Shown here: in pieces, positions 12,116-27,700 of the stretch
Numbering within the stretch: position 1 is the stretch's first letter
Layout of the letters: each line of letters starts with the position of its first letter
Program-made: the position numbers and the translations under genes
DNA from: Eledone cirrhosa
Lineage: Eukaryota
Direction: 5' to 3'
Assembly (NCBI GenBank): GCA_964016885.1
Contig: OZ024740.1
Coordinates: 42,470,001-42,534,000, forward strand
Length of the DNA: 64,000 nt
Notes under the pieces: model-generated
Databases searched by the model: none
Told to the model about the DNA's origin: nothing
The model's input: only the letters and a program-made list of their open reading frames with translations

Positions 12116-15100
12116 GTTTTCTTTATTAACCACAAGGGTTTACATAAAGTAGACATTAAGGACAGTACAGGACAATACAGGACGGTACAAATGGGCATTT
12201 CTGCGTGTAAAAAAACAGAGGATGTAATAAAATAACAAAGAAAAATTCCCCAATAGGGGGGAGACTTCCGAGGGACATATGTGGAGAAAGCCCATTAAAG
12301 GACCACAGTGAGCCTGACCACCAGGGCAAGTGCCCTCTCCCAGTTTTCCACCTTTAATTTACAGACACATACTCAGAGAAGGCCCATTCATTCGGGCCAT
12401 ACTTGCTTCTCTCACCCATCTTTCAACAAAATGCTGGGAAGAGAGCACTTCCCTCTCTACCCTGATTTTCCTTTTCAAATGAAATTTGAAAAAGTTAATC
12501 AGGGCATCACCGAAGAGGTAAGTGCTCGTCTTCAGCCCTTTCAAACGTGTCCACCATACTATCTCTTTCGCCATGGCCACCAGACAGATAAAAACTGCCT
12601 GCCCTTCCCGGCTAAAGGAAGAGGGTGGGGCAATCCTCACGATGGACTCAGCTGATAGCTGGATGCGTCCTACACGTGACAGCAGGTGTTCGACATAAAC
12701 CCACAAGTCAGCAATGCTCGGACACTGGACGAGTGCGTGCAGGACGGTTTCGTCGCCCTGTGCGCATCTCGGACATGCCCGGCTGACGGCACATCCATGC
12801 CTGTAGAGTTTATCCCGAACTGGCAAAGCTCCCCGGTAGCACTGCCAGGCCAGGGATTTCTGGAAGTTGTCCATAGGCCCCGGCCCGAAAGTCCTTCCGA
12901 AGAGATTGGCTAGTTGATTTTCGTCGACGCCTAGAGTTTCTCCAAGTACGTCGTCACTCTTCCCCTCAACTAATCCTCTATAGAACGCCAAAATGGAGTT
13001 TCCACCGATCATATTGCTCGATTGGTCGAGGGCTGTGAGCGCCTGAAGACATTCCAGTCTCCAAGCGCTCCCTCTCGGTCTTCGCTTAACCCAGGACTGC
13101 AGCTCCGTCAAGGAGACGAGCTGGGAAAGACGTGTCTAGCAAACGGCGACCACACCTGATCACCGTCGAGGAAGAGGTGGAGATGTCGTAGCCTGAGCGC
13201 TTATCTGCGCATATCAGCCACGGCATGCTCAGCCCTCCACGTAGCGGGTGTTGACAGCAGATGGACCGCCTGACAATCGGAGCGCGTCCCTTCCACAAGA
13301 AGGGAAAGAGTAAACGCTCCAGCGCAGTCAGGCGGGGCTTAGGACAAGGTACGACGGTCAGGCGGTAGTAGATGACGGACGCGATGTACGCGTTAGCCAC
13401 CTCCGCTCGACCTTTCAGGGATAGCTTCCTCTCCGTCCATTTCTGGGTGAGAGAAGCCACCCTGCCCGTCACCTCGTCCCAGCTTTTGTCCGTCTGGAGG
13501 TCCGGACCGAACCAGACCCTAGCAATTTAACCGGTCCGTCCGTCCAGTGCCCGGCGACGCTGTTGGGCGGTATGGACCTGCCTCTCCAGGTGCCGAGCTG
13601 CAGGCCCACTGACTTTTCCTGGTTGATTATTGCTCCTCTCACCGCTTCGTATGCTCTTAGTGTAGTGCCGATCGCCTCGATGTGTTTGGCGTTCGACACC
13701 ACTACGGTGACATCGTCCGCATATGCTGACACGGATCTTCCGCATCCTGGTTCGCGCGGGATTCCCATCAACGTCTCCAGTTTGTGCAGTAATGGCTCGA
13801 GAGTCAATACGTACAAGAGGGACGAGAGGGGACATCCTTGGCGGACTGAGCGCATGATGTTGAACGGTTCCGAAAGGTGACCGTTCACTCTCACCAGAGA
13901 GCAGATGTCGCTGTGCATGGCAGCGATCCAGCCTCTGAAGACGGGGCCAAAGCCAGCCGCCCTCAGGACTGCCGCTAGGTAACGAAGGTCAACCCTATTG
14001 AAAGCTTTCGACTGATATAAATTGATCAAGGACCCACCCGTGCCAGGTTCCCTAGCTACCTTCTCTACGATGTATCGCATGATGTGGAGGTTGTCATTGA
14101 TGGATCTATCAATGTTATCCCCCTTGTTTGGATCCTTTCTCAGCAGCGCCACTGCTCCTCGTCTCACAGAGTTGGGAATTCTGCTGTTCTGTTGCCAGTT
14201 GCAGTAGACGTCCGCCAAGAGGCCTCCGAATAAGACTGGCATCTGTACGTAAAGTTCATAGGGCAGACAATCCAAACCAGGTGATTTACCCCTTGTGCAG
14301 CCAGTCATTGCCTACCGTACTTCAGCGGCTGTTATCGGCTTTTCGCAAACCTCCGCCTCAGTGGCCGAGAGACGCGGCAGTCCGTTGAGGTAGACACTAA
14401 AGTCCATCCCTCGATCCGGCCCGCCGCTGCCCCCGAACAGCTGTGCGAAGTGTCGCTGAAAAGCTTCGCACATTTTCCCGGGATCGAGTAGCATGCTCCC
14501 GTCGTGGTCCACCAAAGACCGGATCGTGGCTTTGTTGCCACGACGCGCCTCCGCCACTCGGGCCCATTGAACGGCTTTCGTTCCCTCGTGTCTGAGAGCC
14601 TGCACCCTAGCTCTGACAACGCAGCCTTCGTGCTTTTCATTGAAGAATTGGTCAAAGGCCAATTCCGCGCAAGTACGTCGGTCGCGATGTCTTTGCTAAT
14701 CGCCTCGTCTAATTTTCTAACTAGTTCTTTCTGCTCTATTTTTCACTATTGCTAAAGCCTTACTAAACCTAATGGACTCTATTCTAATCGCTCTTTTCAG
14801 AGCAAACCACTACTTGTTGTTCACGATGACCCTCGTCAACGCCTGCTTAATTAGTTCGCTAATCCGGTCTCTGTAGGCCTTGCGCGCCGGTAAGGACGCG
14901 TGTAGCTTTCAGTAGCCGGGTGCTCGTCTATGAAGCCTATCTAAGTCAAGCACACAGATCACGAATTTGTGGTCCGTGTAGCTGACTATCTTAAACAGCC
15001 TATGCTAGACCTATGTATTTCCATACAAAATACTCTATCTAGATATGATCTGGATGACCCTATGCGATTTGTCCAAGTCCACAATGGCACATTCGGGAAA

Positions 15101-17609
15101 TCCAATCGGGAAATCCAATCGGTACAGTTCAAAACGCCTGAGTAGGTTGGTGAGGCTCTTGCACCCTCCTCCCCTATCCGCTAACCCGACACAGTCCCAG
15201 TGTGCATCTAAGATCCCGTTCCAGTCGCCCACTAACACTAAAGAGCGGGACGTTCGAAGAAAAGTCTCCAGACGCCGGAAGAAATCACGCCGCCCACCTC
15301 CTGTCGAAAGAGCACAGCAACCCCTCCCCCGATCCCGGACAGCTGGGAGATGCGTACACATCGTAGCCACCGAAGATTGGTGCGAAGGCCCGTGCTTCGG
15401 AGATTCTGGTCTCGCTGATGACCACTACATCTATGTTTAGTGACCTGAGCTTGTTGAGCAGGTGGCCCTGCTTCCATGACGACCCCAATCCACGCGCATT
15501 TATGCTGCCTATTCTGAGTGAGGTCATGTTGAAATGGAGTGGAAAAGATGGGAGAGACAACTTACCATACTTCTCGTAGAGGAAGGTTTCTCCATCCTTC
15601 TCACTGCTTGTAGCCTCCTCCGGAAGGATGTCCTTAGAAATCCTCCTGGAGAGTGCTTGTCGGAAGTCTCCGACGTCTTTGGGGAATTTTTGTTTTAGTG
15701 TCGTGTACGTTTTCGGTGTGATGCGAGTGATTTGTATGTGTGGAGGTGGTGTGAACTTTTGGGTTGTTGTGTAGTCTTTTTCTGTGATGCCGGTGTTGTG
15801 TTGGATGTAGTTTAATAATTGGTTGTTGTTCAAATTTAATCCTGTGTAGTGTGTATCGTTTTGGTTGTTTTGTTTTGTTTGCGTTTGTTGTGGGTTTGTT
15901 TCTATTTCGCTTTTTGGTGACTTTTGTGGTGTTGGTGATGGTGATGTTGGGGTTAATGATGTTGATGGCGTTGGTGTTTGTGGTGATGGGGTTGGTGATG
16001 CTGTTGTGGATGGTGGCATATATGTCCTAACTTTTTTGTTTGATAATTTATTTGTTTCCCTCTGTATTTTGTTTTTGGAGGGGGAGTGAAGAGAATTCTT
16101 TCTTTTTTGGTTTCTTTTTTCCTTTTTTCCTGATACCGTTTCCCACTCCTCGTCGTCACAATCTGTCTCCAGTTGTGATAGGCCGAGGAGTGGAAAATCC
16201 TCCACAGGCGTTGGTTTTGGTTGTGGCGTGGTGGATGGTGTAGGCGCTGGTGCTAGTTCCGACGCGTTGGGTGGTGGTGGTGTTGGCTTTGCTACTGTTG
16301 CTGGGGTTGTTGCTGTTGTTGCTGCTACAGTTGTTGCTGCCATCTCTGCTGCTGGTGGTGCTGATGGTTGAATCACTGGGGTGGGTAAGAGAGGTGGCCT
16401 CAACCTTTTAGCCTGAGGGCGGAAAGCCCTTAGGTGGGTTCCTTCCACACAAACGACACACCTAGGCCTTCTGCCCTCGACGATTACGGTGAGGTGGTTG
16501 CCGTCAGTGAGGTCTATTACCTCTGGGATCTCCTCAATGCTTTTTTGGTCCGCTTGGATCAGGAGCTCCATCCCAAATCCGGACCAGTTCTCCTGCTTTC
16601 CTTTCTCTATTTCGATTATCTAGGCGTTGGCTTGGGTGCCGGCGAGGACGGCAGCTATTAGCCAGGGAATTTCGATGGCTGGTGGAATTTGGGTCACCCT
16701 GATCTTCACGAGTCTCTGGCCACAATAGCTTGGGACGAGTGTGAAGTCGTCACTTCTTAATGGGGCCATGGAGTGTTCTCTGGCCTCCTGTGGTGTTTCA
16801 AAGAACACGTCCACGGTTCCATATTTCTGCCCACGTCTAATGTTGTTTTTTTTTGCCCACACATATCCCAAAGCTTTTTGGATTTGGGACTCGGATGCCC
16901 GTTGCACTCGGCGCGATTTTATGTTAATCGTTCGATAAGACACGGTGCATAGGCGCCGATCGTCCATTTTATTAGGTGTGTGTGTGGGGGGGGGGACCCT
17001 GTACCTATCTTTCTTTACCATGTTTTCGGCTTCTTCTAATTCCTCCTGAGTTACCTGGAATGCTTCGCACTGTTTTGCTACTCTGACAAAACTCAGGGCG
17101 GTTTTCTTAATTTCCTTGTTGCTGTTGTTGTTATCGTTATTTTTGTTATTGTTAATTTTTGTTTCAGTTGTGGTGGTGGTGGCGCCAGTGGTGTTCGGTG
17201 TGGAAGAGTTCATTTTGGTTGAATTCATTTCGATATCACGAGTTAATTTATTTTTTTCTTTTGTTTCTGCTGTCGCTGTGGTGGTGGTGCGGGTGGCGTC
17301 TTTAACACCTGCAGTCATTGGTAATGGCAGGAAATGAATGTCTGCCTGAGGCAAATTTAAATTATTGCTACTGCTTATATTTTTAATGTTGGCAAACGTA
17401 GTAATATTTACAATGGTGGTGTCGGTGTGAGTTGTTAGTTTGTGAGGAAGGTATGACACTGAGTCGTCCGTGATTTTTCAAAGAAAAATCTTTGTTTGAT
17501 AATTATAAAAGTTTAAATTTTGGGCTCAAGGCCACAATCTTTCTGAGTGTCCTTTTCAGAAAACAATGTATCTGCATTTATATACAGTAAACAATAAATG
17601 TAGGTCGCC
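12116..17609 (-). mobile_element. Tx1/L1-clade LINE, probably full length, decayed (ORF1 plus APE-RT-zinc finger ORF2)
   Basis: ORF1 pieces with a VEGRRPRCVVC..H knuckle; APE SINARGL/ISET/VGDWN; RT KSPGLDCLP, VRQGCPLS, AYADD; CPRC..ETVLHALVQC. AATAAA (minus strand) at 12122-12127, followed by (ATT)n. Confidence 0.92.
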
Positions 17610-20888
<3,279 letters not shown>

Positions 20889-20897
20889 AATAACAAC

Positions 20898-20940
<43 letters not shown>

Positions 20941-21292
20941 TAAAGAAGACGCACGAGGTGGTAGAACGTCACGAAATTGCTCCCGTAAGTTTTTTGATTT
21001 TTAACATATTTAAATCAATTGTGAAAGAACAATTCTTAGCACAAATGTTGCATAAAGGCACCGAATGAGGTCCCATAAAGTTTCGGATCCATATTATATT
21101 GTTGTATCGCTCAAATATTCAATTTTGTATTATATATTTTGTATTCAAAAAAAGAAAATGGTTATAAATGGAACAAAACACCCTCTGTCTACACTATATA
21201 GAACAGCGGCAATTTCAATTTCACCAACACCAGAAACTTGATACACTACCTATCCCATCACACTAAATATAACGGCAACTTCACCGGCATCA

Positions 21293-21487
21293 TAATAATT
21301 GTTTCTACTTTTGGCACAAGGCCAGCAATTATCCCAGTGCATTACTGGTACTTTATTTTATCGACCCCGTAAGGATGAAAGGCAAAGTTAACCTCGGCGG
21401 GATTTGAACTAGGATCATAAAGGGAAGTAACTATATGATTCAAAGCATGGCGCCCAACCCTCTACCGATACTGCCAATCCACCGCCA
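21293..21487 (-). mobile_element. tRNA-derived SINE
   Basis: Family match. Confidence 0.9.
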
Positions 21488-22081
21488 TCATAATAATAAT
21501 TACTATTACTATTGTCTCAAATTTAAAAAAATGTTTAATTCAAATTTTACGGGAATATGTCAACACAAAATATAATGAAAATATATATTAAACATACGAA
21601 CACAAACTCATAGATACTATATCAGTAACCACAACACCACCGCTGCCACTACCCCACCACATCCATCATCGCCGCCACCACTCATTCAAATGCTACTGAC
21701 ACTATTCCCCTGTTAACTTGAGAGAGAAAAGGGAAGGTGGTGGTAGCACTAGACAAGAGAGAGGCTAGCAAAAGATATAAATAGATTGACTTGGTGACCT
21801 TGCCACGGACAAACGTCTACATCAACAATTATGGGACTGCTGGCTCACCCCTTCCTCACCAACAATATAAAAAGCCCCGGCACCACCACCGACATAGCCA
21901 GCAGCAATAACAGCCAACTACAACAAAAAGTATATTATATTATTGTAATGCACTGGGTGATTGCTGGCCTTGTGCCTGGAGTGGAGACAATTATTAATAA
22001 TTTCATTCTTAAGCCACGCAATGCTCACATTAAGGAACCACTCATGATAATAACAATTTAAAAAAAACAACAAAAAGAAAA

Positions 22082-25000
22082 CCCCGTGACCAAGAAATAC
22101 CGGGATGGCGGCCGGCGGGGAATAGCCGTGTCTCTAGGGGAGAACGACCCCTCTAGTCTTGGTTGACACTCGTTCTAGAAGTGGTAACACGAAAAGATTA
22201 CCCCTTGGCGGATAAGGATAAAACGCGACAAAATAAAGTAGATGTCTAATGATGAAATCTCATACCGGATCGGCCGTCACCCGGGTAAAAAAGGACCGCG
22301 TCCCTCAGAGAGGAACCAGACTGGGGTCGAAAAATCAGCTAATGGTTCAAACCTTCCCATCACTTCGGAGCTGGAGACCTCCCATAACCGGAATACTCCT
22401 ACTGTTGGCCCTCCATGCTCACCACCAACAAATCCAAAGAAAAAGAGAGAAAAATGGTCAAGGGAAGATAATAAAGAAGTCCTTGAGGCTTTCTACACTG
22501 CCATGTACTACCCATCAAATACATCGAATACAGAGCAAACATATATCAACTGGAAAAAGAAACATCCCGAAAACAGAGGCTATATTGACAGTAACAAACT
22601 AGCCAATATACGAAGAAATATTGTAAGAAAAAAGTTACTAACTGATATAGAAATTGATCAGATCAAACTAGTAGCACAAAGTCAGCGAAGGGAAAATGAA
22701 GTATGTGTCAGTGAAAATGAGGTAAACTGTAACACTTCGAATCCTAGAGTTGGGGCGGAATCACTGGCAACAGAACAAATTAAAGAAAGGAGCGAAAAAG
22801 TTGAGGGAGTGCATGCTCAGGATGAAACTCCAAATGAAAATAATGAGATCGGAAATGATAAAGAAATGAATGAGAATGAACTTGCCAACTTGAAGGATGA
22901 AATTATGATCGAATGGATGAAAATGAAAAAATCTGACATGGGGGAACGAGACACCCTCCCTAAGATCTAGAACTCCAAACAGAACCAAAAGATAATACAC
23001 ACGACTAACATAATTCTCAAAAACATTATCATCACAAACAAACTAAAGATTACTGACTTAAATCATCTCTATTATGCATCGGCTAAAGTCACCACTCACT
23101 TATGTGGAGTGAAGATGAAAAAACAAAGGAATTCCCACAAGAAATCTACTTGGCAAGATAACATCAATCGCCAAATAAACCTTCTCCGATCTGGAAATCC
23201 CCAGGAAAAGACAAAATACAAAATGTTTGGATAAATGCCTTCACAGAGTCTCATGAGCTGTTAGCCCAACTTTACAATGAAATAGTTAAGGAGCCAGAAA
23301 AGATACCAGCATGGCTAGTTAACGGCATTACATTCCTGCTTCCGAAGAATGATGAGACAAACAATCCCAAAAATTACACACCGATAACTTGCTTGACCAC
23401 AATGTATAAAATGTTAACATCAGTCCTAACTGAATATACATATGACCACCTGATAACAAATGACCTATTTCCCATTGAGCAGAAAGGGTGTAAACGAGGC
23501 TCATATGGCTGTAAGGATCAGCTCTTGGTTAACAAAATGATACTGGAAGATTGTCATAATAGACACAAAAATCTATCGATTGCTTGGATAGATTATAAAA
23601 AAGCATTTGATGGTTTGCCACACAGTTGGATTGAAAAATGTTTAGAGATTTTCAAAATATCCCCCGTTGTCAGGAGGTTTTTGTCATTCAGTATGAGGAC
23701 ATGGAGAACGACACTCCTTTTGAATAGTGAAACAAAATCACTGGAAGCTGGAGAAGTTAACATTAATTGTGGAATTTTTCAGGGTGACTATTTATCACCG
23801 CTTTTATTCTGCATCGCCCTTATACCATTAAGTAAAATGCTCAATGAAACAAAACATGGATATAAAGTCTATGACAAAACCATTAATCACTTGTTCTACA
23901 TGGATGACCTGAAACTATTTGCAAAAAATGATGAACAATTGCAAGGGCTATTATCCACTGTGAAGCAGTTCAGTGATGACATTAAAATGGAGTTTGGACT
24001 AGATAAATGCGCCAAAGCAACGTTCACCAGAGGAAAGTTGCTGAAGAGTTCAGACATTAATCTTGATCGGAGGAACGTGATAAGAGAACTTGATCGAGAA
24101 AAAACTTACAAATATCTAGGTGTTTGTGAAGGAGACGGAATCGAGCACTCGACAATGAGGGAAAGGATAAGGAAGGAATGTTACCGCAGAGTAAGAGCAA
24201 TCTTAAGAACGGAATTGAATGCAAGGAATAGGATCGATGCCATAAACACGCTTGCCATACCAGTAGTAACCTACAGTTACAATGTCATCAACTGGTCAAG
24301 CACAGAGATCCGTAGGCTGGATACAAAAATCCGAAAATTCTTAACCATGCACAGAATGCATCACCCTAAGGCAGACATAGATAGAATATATCTCCCTAGG
24401 AAAGAAGGAGGACGTGGGTTAATCCAGTTAGACATTGCGTTGAAAACTGCAACAATTGGATTATCCACATATCTAAGGGAATCACATGATTGGATGATCA
24501 AACTCGTTTTGAAACACGAAAGCACCAAAAGATCATATTCCATTACAAAAGATGCACAAAGATACAGTAATGGACTACAAATTTCAGAAGTCCCATTTAC
24601 TGCTGAAATGGAAAACACAGAAAAAGCAAAGCAGGTAAAAGTAACTGCAAAGAAAGAACTGCTACAGAAACTGGCTAAGAAATGGCAAGAAAAGCCTCTG
24701 TATGGAAAATACCCAGAGCGAGCTAACAATCCTGATGTTGACAAAACTTTAACCCATCAGTGGTTGGCATCTTCTGAACTGAAATCGGAGACTGAAGGAC
24801 TGATTATATCAGCACAAGATCAGTGTCTGCCAACAAAGAATTACCAAGCCAACATAATAAAAAATGGATGCAGCCCATTATGCCGTGTATGCAAAAAACA
24901 ACCAGAGACCATTGACCATATAATTTTAATGTGCAGTCCTATAGCTCCAACCGAATACCTAAACAGGCATGACAGAGCTGCACAATACATACATTGGATA

Positions 25001-25588
25001 ATGTGTAAGCATTTTGACCTGCCCCATCAAAAGAATTGATGGGAGCATCAACCACCTCCCATACTTGAAAAAGATCACATTTCAATCTTGTGGAACTTTA
25101 GCATCCAAACAGACCGAAAAATAGATGCAAATAGACCTGATATAATATTGAAGGACTTTAAAAAGAGGGTATGCCTGCTAAGTGATATGTCCGTTCCAAT
25201 AGACAAGAATGTATCTATAAAAACATTTGAAAAATTGAGCAAGTATAAGGACCTGGAGATAGAAATTGGAAAAATGTGGAAATTGAGAAATAAAACAATA
25301 CCAGTGGTTGTAGGCGCTCTGGGAATGATACCTAAGGGGTCTAATGATTACTTATCGCAAATCCCAGGAGAACTGCGTATAGGAGAAATACAAAAGATAC
25401 TACTAATGGGAACTGCCCATATACTAAGGAAGATTCTGTCAATATAAGTACATCACAAGTCTAAACACTAAAGATGCCTGTGTGAGTATGTATGTTCTTT
25501 CTTGAACATGGCGGACCTTGTTGTCTCTGAAGGTAACTGGTTGTGACTTGGTGATAACTCGTTGAACATAAAGCAAGATAAATGCAAC
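22082..25588 (+). mobile_element. Second R4/Dong family, 5' end retained, internal deletion near 23190
   Basis: N-terminal KKREKWSREDNKEV ORF; RT GIFQGDYLSP/YMDD; CRVC..ETIDHI..C; NRPD; (TAA)n at the 3' end. Sequence jumps to WKSPGKD near 23190. Confidence 0.93.
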
Positions 25589-25606
25589 TATAATAATAAT
25601 AATAAT

Positions 25607-26724
25607 AAACTGGTCAAGCACAGAGATCCGTAGGCTCGATACAAAAATTCGAAAATTCTTAATCATGCTCAGAATGCATCACCCTAAGGCAGATACAGAT
25701 AGAATATATCTCCCTAGGAAAGAAGGAGGACGTGGGTTATTCCAGTTAGACATTGCGTTGAAAACTGCAACAATTGGATTATCCACATATCTAAGGGAAT
25801 CACATGATTGGATGATCAAACTCGATTTGAAACACGAAAGCACCAAAAGGACATACCCCATTACAAAAGATGCACAAAGATACAGTAATGGACTACAAAT
25901 TTCAGAAGTCCCATTTACTGCTGAAATGGAAAGCACAGAAAAAGCAAAGCAGGTAAAAGTAACTGCAAAGAAAGAACTGCTACAGAAACTGGCTAAGAAA
26001 TGGCAAGAAAAGCCTCTGTATGGAAAATACCCAGAACGAGCTAACAATCCTGATGTTGACAAAACTTTAACCCATCAGTGGTTGGCATCCTCTGGACTGA
26101 AATCGGAGATTGAAGGACTGATTATATCAGCACAAGATCAGTGTCTGCCAACAAAAAATTACCAAGCCAACATAATAAAAAATGGATGCAACCCATTATG
26201 CCGTGTATGTAAAAAACAACCAGAGACCATTGACCATATAATATCAATGTGCAGTCCTATAGTTCCAACCGAATACCTAAACAGGCACGACAGAGCTGCA
26301 CAATACATACATTGGATAATGTGTAAGTATTTTGACCTGCCCCATCAAAAGAATTGGTGGCAGCATCAACCACCTCCCATACTTGAAAAAGATCACATCT
26401 CAATCTTGTGGAACTTTAGCATCCAAACAGACCGAAAAATAGATGCAAATAGACCTGATATAATACTAAAGGACTTTAAAAAGAGGGTATGCCTGCTAAT
26501 TGATATGTCCGTTCCAATAGACAAGAATGTATCTATAAAAACATTTGAAAAATTGAGCAAGTATAGGGACCTGGAGATAGGAATTGGAAAATGTGGAAAT
26601 TGAGAACTAAAACAATACCAGTGGTTGTAGGCGCTCTAGGAATGATACCTAAGGGGTCTAATGATTACTTATCGCAAATCCCAGAAAACCCGCGTATAGG
26701 AGAAATACAAAAGATAGTACTAAT
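25607..26724 (+). mobile_element. 5'-truncated tandem copy of the second Dong family, also cut at its 3' end
   Basis: Near-identical to ~24290-25407 and starts directly after the first copy's (TAA)n. Confidence 0.93.
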
Positions 26725-26901
26725 CCCACTCTTTGAGCGACAGTAACTATAACACGAAAAGAAGAAAAGTTCAACATCATCGATAACTACTGAGCCACAG
26801 GTTTTATGTCGGAGTTAACCCAGTTTCCTGAGATGCCTTCTCCTAGAAGAATTCCCTGACAATGGCTAGTTTTTCTATACACACACACACGCACACACAC
26901 A

Positions 26902-26959
<58 letters not shown>

Positions 26960-27018
26960 TATATATATATATATATATATGAGTATTGAAGTTTGCTTGA
27001 AGCATTGTGGAATAATAA

Positions 27019-27311
27019 GATATATTTTCTTTAGGTCGTTTTGGAAGCCTCAACAATGCAGATGGGTAAATCTCCGGGTAACAAAATCCGGTTGTGAAGA
27101 GAGAGATGTAAGTGAACGTAGAATGAAGGTAACTCTATCTCGTGTTATTATTTTCATTTTATTATTTTTTACGCTCTTTCCTACGTTCTTCTACACACTA
27201 TACATCTCATTCTACATTCACTTACATCTCTCTCTTCACCACCGGATCTTGTTACTCGGAGAATTACCCATCTGCATTGTTGAGGCTTCCAAAACGACCT
27301 AAAGAAAATAT

Positions 27312-27314
<3 letters not shown>
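27019..27314. repeat. Fold-back insert between (TA)n tracts (arms 27019-27126 and 27207-27314)
   Basis: About 108-bp reverse-complement arms with few mismatches and an 80-bp spacer. Confidence 0.92.
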
Positions 27315-27380
<66 letters not shown>

Positions 27381-27381
<1 letters not shown>

Positions 27382-27637
27382 TTGTTTTGCTTTGGGAGCG
27401 TCATGTTGCCAATAAGAAACACACCAGTTAAATCACTTCAATTTATTATAAATAAAATTTATAAATTTAAGAATTTATAAATTTCCGGTTGGTTGGTTGG
27501 TTCCACAACCAGAAGATTGTTCATATATTGTCAAAGTTCTTTCGTCACACATTCTGTGACCTCTTCAGTGACTGGGGATTCTTTTCTTTGTTTTTGTGCC
27601 TCTCCTGTGTTCTGTCCTACGCCATCTAGTGTTTGCT
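27381..27637 (-). mobile_element. PLE-like terminal fragment (family B) with an HHR-like motif at 27530-27573
   Basis: Homologous to 45405-45692. Reverse complement reads agtca CTGAAGA ggtcacagaatgtgtgac GAAA gaac TT tgac. Confidence 0.75.
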
Positions 27638-27638
27638 A

Positions 27639-27683
<45 letters not shown>

Positions 27684-27700
27684 ATATATATATATATATA

